In this document: in pieces, positions 46,825-55,061 of the stretch
Numbering within the stretch: the first letter of the stretch is position 1
Layout of the letters: every line of letters begins with the position of its first letter
Sequence record: NC_070650.1
Direction: 5' to 3' (one strand)
Length of the DNA: 64,000 nt
Program-made: the position numbers and the translations under genes
Notes under the pieces: model-generated
What the model was told of the DNA's origin: nothing
Databases searched by the model: none
Seen by the model: the letters and a program-made list of their open reading frames with translations, nothing else

Positions 46825-47373
46825 ATGAATGTTATTCCCACTTCCAGTCGGATTGGCATCGCACTTATCCCGCCGCGTCTGTCTGATGGGTTATTAAATG
46901 AGTCTGATATTCAATGTCTGGATAGTTTTTCCGATCTGAACGAACTATCAGGTATACTATCGGATGAAGATGTAGCTTATTACTTGTGGTACAATTCTCG
47001 CATTGGCGATTTCATGCCAGGATTTTCCGCCTCTGATTTCGTATGTGTAATTAATGACTCACGTATTTCTTCGTGGGTTCTCGAACACCAGACGGTGTAT
47101 GACCGTGTGGTCAAGGAATCTGAGGCTAAATATAGTATAGCTGCAGGTGGCAGTAGACGCGCACTCGCAGTTGACTATGGCGGTGGGTGTTATTACGCTC
47201 CCATTCTGTCATCAGGTGTGCTGTATCTGGTCGGTACGGAATCCGACCCTTATGAAGGCAGTGCTAGCCATTTCTATGATGCGGTATTAGCGCAACTTTC
47301 CAAAGTTGTACGTGTATCTGATTTGGCTCAGTATGATGTTTTTGACAAGTTTGTCATGGCAGAGCAGGCATAA
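46825..47373 (+). CDS. Hypothetical protein (phiKZ gp119 position)
   Basis: GAGG RBS; 182 aa between DnaB and the major capsid gene. Confidence 0.7.
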   Translation: MNVIPTSSRIGIALIPPRLSDGLLNESDIQCLDSFSDLNELSGILSDEDVAYYLWYNSRIGDFMPGFSASDFVCVINDSRISSWVLEHQTVYDRVVKESEAKYSIAAGGSRRALAVDYGGGCYYAPILSSGVLYLVGTESDPYEGSASHFYDAVLAQLSKVVRVSDLAQYDVFDKFVMAEQA

Positions 47374-47428
47374 AGGTGTAACTGACCTGAAATAGTATGC
47401 GCTGATATCGCACGTATGTGCATGTGTT

Positions 47429-47448
47429 TTTTCAATACGTATTGAAAA
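47429..47448. promoter_or_regulatory. Perfect 20-bp palindrome TTTTCAATACGTATTGAAAA in the major capsid leader
   Basis: Self-complementary; ends 24 nt before the capsid ATG. Confidence 0.5.
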
Positions 47449-47472
47449 CCCTTATGTATAAAGGATGAAAAA

Positions 47473-49668
47473 ATGTCCCGACTCTCGAATAACACCGACT
47501 TCACCGCCAACTCTGACTTGGTCAAAGCGATCGGCGGTACCCTGTCTACTCAGGGAGCCCAGCTGGTTCCGAATCAACTGACCCAGGCGGTCATTTCTAT
47601 GGAAGGTTTTGCGGACGAATCCGTGCGTAACAACGTACAGATGTCTGCGGCTACCCTGCGTAACACCATCAAACAGTGTTTTGATACTGTTGGTAAAACT
47701 CGCGGCCTGAACTACAAACTGAGCGAACAGCAGCTGGAAGCGGCAGCCATCGTTGCGGCAGCACGCCCACGCGCTAAAGACTTTGCTCTGGCGTCCCGTT
47801 CCGGTCAGATTTCTCTCGAAGGCATCGATCTGCCAGCATCCGGTACCGCATTCGGTTCCCTGAACTTCCGCGCGCCGAGCGAAGCCCTGGTCTCCATGGA
47901 AGCGTTCGACAACTCCGAACTGCAGAAAGGCATCGACGTTTCCGTCGTCTTCAACGCCCTGGCCGTTGGCCAGTCTCCGTTCAACGAAGAATGGTTCCCG
48001 CCGGTTGTGGGTACTCCGGATGAAATCGTATTCCGCATCAACGTGCCGCGTATCCTGGTACAGAACGAATACATTCCGCCGAACCTGTCCGGTGACCCGG
48101 CCGACTTCAAAAAGAAAAACCTGATCCGCGCAGCGCTGGATTACACGATCCTGATGAACAACTCCACTGAGATTGTTCCGATCTATCGTACCGGTGTTAA
48201 CACCGACAAATTCGTTAACCTGGCACTGATCGGCGGCCAGCCGCTGAAAGCTATGGTTGGCGCTGTTGAAGTTGATACCGCCCCGCTGAAACCGGGCGTT
48301 AAAGTATCTCTGCTGAACCTGGCGTCCAACGAAGCCCTGAAACTGGCTGGCGTTGTGAGCGAAACTGATGCCGTTGAACCGAAAGTGTCTCTGAAAAACC
48401 TGTACGTCCTGGTGACTGACAGTTCTTCGAGCGCTGGCGCTTCTTCCGTTATCAAATTCAAAGTCAAAGACTATCCGCGCGCCGGTTTCTTCAAACCGAT
48501 GCAGGGTAACATCCGTGAGATGGACCTGGCCTTCCGTTCCGACGTGCTGACCATCAAACCGGATACCAAAGACATCGCAGGCGCAGCACCGACTGCCCTG
48601 GCTGCACTGATCTCCGCAGGCTACACCCTGCGTCTGGACGCGTCCCTGAACGGCGACCTGAACATGGAAACCAGCAACCTGACTACTCAGGCTGGCGCGG
48701 TAACTGCCGCCTCCATGCTGGATGAAGATGGTAAAGCACTGTCCCTGGACAGCACCGAAGCTACTGCTATCCTGGATAACCTGACCTTTGCCGTACTGGG
48801 CTTTGACCTCGACGCTCGTCGTACCAACAGCAACCTGCGTACCAAAGGCCTGATCCTGAACCCGGATATGGAACAGCGTCCGTACTACGTTCCGCTGAAC
48901 GCACCGCTGGTATCTCAGACTCCGATCGGCCAGGAACAGCTGGGCCTCGACCTGAACGCACTGGTTCAGGGTGTGCATATCCAAATCGAAAACAACGCAG
49001 TTACCACTCTGCTGAGCTACGCTGAAAGCCTGAAAGACCGCTTCATTTCTTCCGAAGTGATCGATCTGTATCCGTCTTTCGAAGCCGTCGGCGAACTGCT
49101 GGTCGCACCGTACTTCAAAGAAATCACCATCGACATGGTGCTGGCTCTGAACTCAGTATCTTCTGCGAATCGTGTAAACGACATCCAGGGCGTACTGAAC
49201 GCGGTTATCCGTCAGGAAATGGCTCACGTTCTGCGTGAAACTGGTTATACCGTTGCACTGCGCGCAAACAACGGTGGCGCAATCGAAAACCCGCACGTTA
49301 TCGCGGTAACTGACCTGCTCCTGGAACGTTATCTGATGACCAACGGCGACGACCGTTACCTGGGCACCAACGCATCCTTCAGCGTCACCGCTGTAAGCGA
49401 CCTGCGTATGCGCGACACCATCTTCCTGAGCTTCGGCCGTAAAGCCACTGGCAAACACGACCCGCTGACCTTCGGTAACATGCTGTACATTCCGGAGCTG
49501 TCAGTTTCTGCACAGGTCAACCGTAACGGCGCAACCATCTCTGAACGTCAAGTTCAGCCGCGTTTCCGCCACGTAGTTAACCTGCCGATCCTGGTGAAAA
49601 TCAACGTCACCCGTCTGGCAGAAGCATCTCAGGATGCAGCTATCATTTACAACAAACCGCAGGCTTAA
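47473..49668 (+). CDS. Major capsid protein precursor (phiKZ gp120-like)
   Basis: 731 aa immediately after DnaB/gp119, with extreme high-expression codon bias, SME/SLE propeptide sites (SME-AFD at aa 141-143) and a C-terminal QVQPRFRHVVNLP. Confidence 0.9.
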   Translation: MSRLSNNTDFTANSDLVKAIGGTLSTQGAQLVPNQLTQAVISMEGFADESVRNNVQMSAATLRNTIKQCFDTVGKTRGLNYKLSEQQLEAAAIVAAARPRAKDFALASRSGQISLEGIDLPASGTAFGSLNFRAPSEALVSMEAFDNSELQKGIDVSVVFNALAVGQSPFNEEWFPPVVGTPDEIVFRINVPRILVQNEYIPPNLSGDPADFKKKNLIRAALDYTILMNNSTEIVPIYRTGVNTDKFVNLALIGGQPLKAMVGAVEVDTAPLKPGVKVSLLNLASNEALKLAGVVSETDAVEPKVSLKNLYVLVTDSSSSAGASSVIKFKVKDYPRAGFFKPMQGNIREMDLAFRSDVLTIKPDTKDIAGAAPTALAALISAGYTLRLDASLNGDLNMETSNLTTQAGAVTAASMLDEDGKALSLDSTEATAILDNLTFAVLGFDLDARRTNSNLRTKGLILNPDMEQRPYYVPLNAPLVSQTPIGQEQLGLDLNALVQGVHIQIENNAVTTLLSYAESLKDRFISSEVIDLYPSFEAVGELLVAPYFKEITIDMVLALNSVSSANRVNDIQGVLNAVIRQEMAHVLRETGYTVALRANNGGAIENPHVIAVTDLLLERYLMTNGDDRYLGTNASFSVTAVSDLRMRDTIFLSFGRKATGKHDPLTFGNMLYIPELSVSAQVNRNGATISERQVQPRFRHVVNLPILVKINVTRLAEASQDAAIIYNKPQA

Positions 49669-49682
49669 TCGCCACGGTAGTT

Positions 49683-49723
49683 GCATAGACCTAGGGAGGG
49701 CGAAAGCCCTCCCTTTTATGCCG
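49683..49723 (+). terminator. Terminator-like hairpin repeat after the capsid gene
   Basis: GCATA...AGGGAGGGC-GAAA-GCCCTCCCT-TTTATGCCG. Confidence 0.9.
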
Positions 49724-49741
49724 CCACTTTAATGAAAATCT

Positions 49742-49760
49742 TTATAAACCTATATTACTA
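49742..49760 (+). promoter_or_regulatory. Putative early (vRNAP) promoter TTATAAACCTATATTAC
   Basis: TATATTAC at 49751-49758, upstream of the operon that contains the nvRNAP beta N-half. Confidence 0.7.
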
Positions 49761-49854
49761 ACTGGCGTAGTAATAAAGAGATTGACTTAGCATCAATTTG
49801 TTGTTCAGCCCATACGAGTATAGGAGACGAAATAATTCATTGGAGGTATAATGA

Positions 49855-50928
49855 ATGTCTAATGGGTGGTACATGTCCATCCCTGAGTATCATGTCATGG
49901 AATCCGCCCAGGTCTCCACAGATACTCAGGTCGTGAGGAACAATACCGAAGGGTATAAAAAAACAGTTAAGTATTATAACTATACTGGAGCTAAGTTATA
50001 CGTTGTCGATCGTGCTGGTTTTGCTACTGAGTTGCCGCCCGCTTTAGACTATCTTCCAGATACTGAATCTCGTGGGTTAATTGTTGTTGCAACTTATGAG
50101 TTGGGGGTGCATAGTAGAACCATTCCCAGACCTTTATTGTTGCAGGACAATAAAGTGGGTATGGTCATTAGTAAAATAACCGGACAATTGCAAGAGAAAA
50201 GCCAATACAGCAATGGGAGGCGAACAGCGGATGTAAAGTATGTTATTCCAGGAAATGAAATACATACCAGGGCGACGGTTTATTTACGAGATTTAGATAT
50301 TCTGGTAACCACCATCACCCCACAACCCGGATACGGGCATCCGTACGAATATGCACAATCTCAATTTGATAGTTTATATCGAGATAGCGATACGAACGAA
50401 GTGCACACGTTCAGCCTTAAGATGAAAATAGTAAATGCTAATAGCGTACCAACGAAATACTATTTAAATATTAACGGCAGGATATATTGCGTCAGGTCTT
50501 GTCGAGACTTGAAATTAGCAGATGGGATTTATCTGGAGGACTCTCAACGAGTATTGGAGGGGAATTTAACCGTACCGACAATTGTACACTACAACACCTT
50601 AGCGGATTACAATAAAGCATGTAAGGAAGATGAAACATTACTTCCCTTGTATGCTAATTACGAAGCAGCACTAACCTATGGCGATCTCGAAGCCAGAAGA
50701 AAGGAAGAAGAAAACCGACTAAAACATGAACAGACCCTAACTGAGCAACGACTAAAACATGAACAGGCCATGAACGAGTTAAAGGCCAAACAAGAACAAG
50801 CTGCACTAAACAACAAAATAAAGGAACGTGAATATTTAAACGATAACCTAAATCTTTATGTGAAGGTAATATTAGCCACAGTTGGATTAGTTGCTAGTAT
50901 TGTTAAATTATCGCAACCATCAAAATAA
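49855..50928 (+). CDS. Conserved protein with C-terminal coiled coil and hydrophobic tail (phiKZ gp122-like)
   Basis: GGAGG RBS; K/E/Q-rich coiled coil, then VKVILATVGLVASIVKL. Confidence 0.65.
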   Translation: MSNGWYMSIPEYHVMESAQVSTDTQVVRNNTEGYKKTVKYYNYTGAKLYVVDRAGFATELPPALDYLPDTESRGLIVVATYELGVHSRTIPRPLLLQDNKVGMVISKITGQLQEKSQYSNGRRTADVKYVIPGNEIHTRATVYLRDLDILVTTITPQPGYGHPYEYAQSQFDSLYRDSDTNEVHTFSLKMKIVNANSVPTKYYLNINGRIYCVRSCRDLKLADGIYLEDSQRVLEGNLTVPTIVHYNTLADYNKACKEDETLLPLYANYEAALTYGDLEARRKEEENRLKHEQTLTEQRLKHEQAMNELKAKQEQAALNNKIKEREYLNDNLNLYVKVILATVGLVASIVKLSQPSK

Positions 50929-50939
50929 GGGGATTGTGA

Positions 50940-52565
50940 ATGGACCCGAAATTACAAGGTATCATTCAACAAGACGTTAAACCATTTAATCGTGTTATCG
51001 TAGATGGTTTCGCTGTCCGTGAGGCTGAAAAAGTGGAGGCGTATATTGATTCCATTTGGCGTAGTGCGGAAAAGCGATTCCCCGAAAAGCTGAAATATAA
51101 AGGTTATACTCGATGCACCCCGCTGGAAGAGTATCATGAAGTTACGCGCAAAAGACAAAAACAAACTTTCGAGTTGTCTCAGTCTGACGTGTACATGGTT
51201 CGCTACCATTTAGAGTGGGATGGTAAACCTTTACCTAGTAAGTGCATGTATCTGCCGTATGTTCGCCAGGCGGGAACCATGCGGGTCTATGGCTCAACGT
51301 ATACCGTCAGCCCAGTGTTGGCCGATGTGGTGTTTTCGGTGGTTAAAGATACCGTCTTCATCCCACTACCCTGCGCAAAACTGACCTTTGAACGGATTAG
51401 CCATTCGTACTTCGCCAACGAAATGGTGCAGACCAACTATGTTCCTTGTTCGGGTATTCACAACCAATATGGAAAAGGTGCAGTAAGAAATGGGGGCACG
51501 GGCCCTGGGACTAACATCGACGGTGTGACTTCCCTGGTGCACTATTTCTTCTGTAAATATGGATTCACCCAAACATTCGAACGTTTCATTGGTACCGTAC
51601 CGATTCTGAATGACGGCCCGTTCGATCCAAAACAATTCCCCATGGATGAGTGGATCATCTGTCGTAGCATCGGCGGGATGAAACCAAAAGGATTGAAGGT
51701 CAGCCCCAAAACGTACGTACCATCAAATATTCACCTAGCAATCCGTAAAGAAGACTTTACGCCAATTGTTCGGGAATTTATTGCCAGTTTCTTCTATATC
51801 CTGGATTATTTCCCCGACCGTATTTTACCGGAACGGGAATACATCGATGAAACTAGGTTGTGGCGCATTTTGCTAGCCAAGTTCATTTGGAACGGAAATT
51901 CCAACGAAGGTAAATTGTCCGACGAGATAGACAGTCATATTCGGTCACTGGATGATTATATCGATCCAGAAGCTCAGCAAATATTGGCCGATGGTAATAT
52001 CTTCGTCGAAGATTTCTATGAGTTTTGTTTTAAAGTTATGTTGCTCATGGGGGATCTTATTCGACATACCGACACCTCGGACATGTATGACAAACGACTA
52101 ACCGTACTACGATATTTGATGTTTGATATCGTAACGGCGATATTTAAGTTTAGTTGGGTGTTCAATAATGCCAAAAAGGAGTTCACCGAAAAAGATATTA
52201 TTAATGCAATGAATGCTCACCTCAAACCGGACCTTATATTGAATATAAGAAAAGACCACGGGGAGTGTAGCAACATCACCACCCCAGGCGATAATTATTT
52301 CTTCCGCATGACGAGCAACTTGGTACTCCAAGCCGATGCGACGCCTAAAGGAAGACGTAATTCAAAATCCTCGGTCTCCGATCCATCAAAACTATTAAGT
52401 GCTTCAATCGTCGAGGTTGGTAGTTTTAGGAATTTACCTAAAGCAGAACCTACCGGACGTACACGCGCAAACCCACGTGTACAAATCGCTTCTGATGGGA
52501 CCATTGTTCGGGATGAGTCGCGTCGAGAGCTACTGGATGGAATCCAGAAAAAGATCCAACGGTAA
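50940..52565 (+). CDS. rpoB: Non-virion RNA polymerase beta subunit, N-terminal part (phiKZ gp123-like)
   Basis: YLPYV..AG.M...G....VSPVLAD beta-region pattern and PTGRTRANP; syntenic position after the capsid gene. Confidence 0.75.
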   Translation: MDPKLQGIIQQDVKPFNRVIVDGFAVREAEKVEAYIDSIWRSAEKRFPEKLKYKGYTRCTPLEEYHEVTRKRQKQTFELSQSDVYMVRYHLEWDGKPLPSKCMYLPYVRQAGTMRVYGSTYTVSPVLADVVFSVVKDTVFIPLPCAKLTFERISHSYFANEMVQTNYVPCSGIHNQYGKGAVRNGGTGPGTNIDGVTSLVHYFFCKYGFTQTFERFIGTVPILNDGPFDPKQFPMDEWIICRSIGGMKPKGLKVSPKTYVPSNIHLAIRKEDFTPIVREFIASFFYILDYFPDRILPEREYIDETRLWRILLAKFIWNGNSNEGKLSDEIDSHIRSLDDYIDPEAQQILADGNIFVEDFYEFCFKVMLLMGDLIRHTDTSDMYDKRLTVLRYLMFDIVTAIFKFSWVFNNAKKEFTEKDIINAMNAHLKPDLILNIRKDHGECSNITTPGDNYFFRMTSNLVLQADATPKGRRNSKSSVSDPSKLLSASIVEVGSFRNLPKAEPTGRTRANPRVQIASDGTIVRDESRRELLDGIQKKIQR

Positions 52566-52625
52566 TGCTCCTTTCGTAGGGGGTATTACTAAATCCCCCC
52601 ACAACCACGTTTACGGGATAAAATT

Positions 52626-54998
52626 ATGAACCTCCAACATATCGCGGACATTGCATGGCAGTATCTTGGTACTCAGCAGCTTAACGAACATCAGGCCGCG
52701 TATGGTATTTTAGCAGAAAATGGATTTAACAATCCGGCGGCATATAGCCTGGTCGATACCTGGAATGAGTTGTATAACTTCTGGCGCGCAACTCGGGCAC
52801 ATGAGTTCATCAACAATGATGGCGCACTGCAAGAAAACGTCAATACCACTGTGATGATGTGTTTTCTGGCACATCAGGTGTCCAAATATCCCAATCTTCA
52901 GCAAACGCTTACGCAGCAGGCTGCCGACACTTATAACCAGTGGTTATCATTATCGAACCAGCTGGAAGCTGAGATGGACTCGTATTACCGGACACCGCAA
53001 ATGCGGGGCTATCAGCAGCAGCCCAACATGTACCAGACCCAACCACAACAGAATTATGTTGACCCCAGATTCCAGCGTGGAATGTCGCCGGCCCAATTCG
53101 CCAATCGGCAATATCAAGGGTATCAACAGCAGGGGTATACCCAGCAGCCGAATATGTATCAACAAACATATCAGCAGCCAACCCCCCAACAGCAGCCGGC
53201 GTATCAGCGCCCAGCGGCACAACCTGTGCAACAACAGTCGTATGTGTCCAATAACGGGAGAACGCATCATCGGTACGGTTCTTCCCAACAACAAACACCA
53301 CAGCCAACCCATCAACCTCAACCAACAGGCCAGGCTACGGTGGGTCGTAAGTATGAAGCAAAAACGGCTCAACCGGTCCAGCAAAGCCAGCCAAACACCC
53401 CGCAGTACCAACGTACCCTGACTCCACAACAACAGCAACATGCACAGCAAATGCACGATAGCTGGCAAGTCGAAGTTGCCAGTGCCCCGACAGCTACAAT
53501 GAAAGGGCGTGATTTAGCTGAGGCCCGCCACGGTGATGTGACTTCAGGCAGTTGGGATGGTGATGTCATTTCTGGGGACCATTCGTTTGATGCCATGGCT
53601 CCACTGTTTGAGGAACGTATTAGTTCTACCAATGGTGGCGCTCGTCTGACCTACGTAAATGCTGAGGGTAAACCATTTACGATTGATGATTGGCGTAAGA
53701 AACCCGATCCCGATTTTCCGTATGAACTCGGTTATGCACCACGCACCCATCGTCGGATAATTGCGTGGGACCACAAAAAAGAATGTTACATTCAACTTGT
53801 AGAGGAGCATGGTCAAGTGGACTATGATGCACACAAACAACTCGAGGGTAGCGCCGTCGTACGTAAACGCACCCCAGCCGAACGCGAACGCAATCCGTTC
53901 GATCCAGCTGGTGCCAAAGTAACGACACTGGGGGGCGCCATTGAAAGACGCCAAGAAATTATTGACCGGAGAGTGGCAGCCGCACAGGAGGCCTGGGCAA
54001 AACAGGAAGCGGAAGCCGCAGAAGCTGCAGAGAACGGGAACGCATATGTAGCCCCGGATTTAATCCCGCCAGCAGAGGTTGTCGAATCCACCCCACTTCC
54101 TGAAGAAACTCAAGACGAGATCGATGCGGGTAGCGGTAGATTAGATAATGGCGTACTGGATGCAGGTAGTTTGAAAAATGCATACATCAGCATTGAACAC
54201 GCACTCTACGGTCTGCGCGCTGGCAACGTCCTGGCTGACCTCGACGATAACCAGGTATCTTCAACCGAATTTGTTTTCCATGAAGTAACGCCGTTCATTC
54301 TCGATTGCGGTGATTATGATTTTGTTCGCAATCAATTAACTGAACTTACCCCGGAAAGCAAAATCAGAACGTTGCTGGATATCCCAGTCCATCTCAAAAA
54401 GATCGCCAAATTGGTACCTCAGGAACTGTGGACCAAATACAACGATCAAGCAACGATCTACATCAACAGCATTTTGGCTAATGAGCTGAATCTGGAAGGC
54501 GTTAGCATCGATAACTTTGCTGATGACCTGGCGGAACTTCCGGGCTACCTCAAATCCAAATATCCTGCCGCACTGGAGGCGCTGACAAAGAACGGCGGTA
54601 AACTGTTCCGTAATCTGATGTGTATTCTGCCGGCAGTCACCATGGAATCTTACGAGAAAATCGCTCGTAATCTCTACGGTGACCAAACTGAGCAGCTCAA
54701 TGAACGTTCTGTATTCCTGGCCCGTAAAGTTGCCGTGGCTAAGGTAAAAGCGTCCACAGAGCAGCTGGGTCTGTATAGCGACAGCCGTTCATGTGCGGTG
54801 ACTGAAAAATCCCATCCGGAATTGTGGCATATGCTGAGTGGTATTCTGTCCCGCAACGCAGAACGCATCGAACGGGAAGAGTTTGATGGGGCTGCGCAAT
54901 ATCTGGTCACCTCGGATAACGCTCTGTTTACCATCCATGAAAACTGGCTGAGCGATGATGCTGAAACCATTATCGTTCGTCGCCAGCGTGTTCTTTAA
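52626..54998 (+). CDS. Large protein with Q/P/Y-rich low-complexity region
   Basis: 790 aa; residues about 125-280 are Q/P/Y/N-rich and an acidic linker follows. Confidence 0.75.
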   Translation: MNLQHIADIAWQYLGTQQLNEHQAAYGILAENGFNNPAAYSLVDTWNELYNFWRATRAHEFINNDGALQENVNTTVMMCFLAHQVSKYPNLQQTLTQQAADTYNQWLSLSNQLEAEMDSYYRTPQMRGYQQQPNMYQTQPQQNYVDPRFQRGMSPAQFANRQYQGYQQQGYTQQPNMYQQTYQQPTPQQQPAYQRPAAQPVQQQSYVSNNGRTHHRYGSSQQQTPQPTHQPQPTGQATVGRKYEAKTAQPVQQSQPNTPQYQRTLTPQQQQHAQQMHDSWQVEVASAPTATMKGRDLAEARHGDVTSGSWDGDVISGDHSFDAMAPLFEERISSTNGGARLTYVNAEGKPFTIDDWRKKPDPDFPYELGYAPRTHRRIIAWDHKKECYIQLVEEHGQVDYDAHKQLEGSAVVRKRTPAERERNPFDPAGAKVTTLGGAIERRQEIIDRRVAAAQEAWAKQEAEAAEAAENGNAYVAPDLIPPAEVVESTPLPEETQDEIDAGSGRLDNGVLDAGSLKNAYISIEHALYGLRAGNVLADLDDNQVSSTEFVFHEVTPFILDCGDYDFVRNQLTELTPESKIRTLLDIPVHLKKIAKLVPQELWTKYNDQATIYINSILANELNLEGVSIDNFADDLAELPGYLKSKYPAALEALTKNGGKLFRNLMCILPAVTMESYEKIARNLYGDQTEQLNERSVFLARKVAVAKVKASTEQLGLYSDSRSCAVTEKSHPELWHMLSGILSRNAERIEREEFDGAAQYLVTSDNALFTIHENWLSDDAETIIVRRQRVL

Positions 54999-55058
54999 CA
55001 TAACGGCATAAAGGGAGAGGCTTCGGCCTCTCCCTGTTTATGTTGCCTTTTATTTTTT
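54996..55058. terminator. Bidirectional terminator-like hairpin, repeat family A
   Basis: Shares 55 bp with 10391-10445 and 40 bp with 2839-2878; lies between convergent genes. Confidence 0.85.
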
Positions 55059-55061
55059 TCT

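Noticed and set aside
47452-48984. 510-aa antisense ORF over the major capsid gene
   Set aside because: It is a shadow frame. Strong codon bias on the sense strand removes stops from the antisense frame, and it has no independent RBS or motifs.
52960-53460. CAG/CAA-rich DNA as a microsatellite
   Set aside because: It is irregular and follows Gln codons of the protein; there is no exact tandem unit.
2839-55058. Repeated 28-55 bp palindromic sequences as a CRISPR array or IS/MITE ends
   Set aside because: The copies are single, dispersed and located at gene ends. There is no regular repeat-spacer period, cas gene, transposase or target-site duplication.
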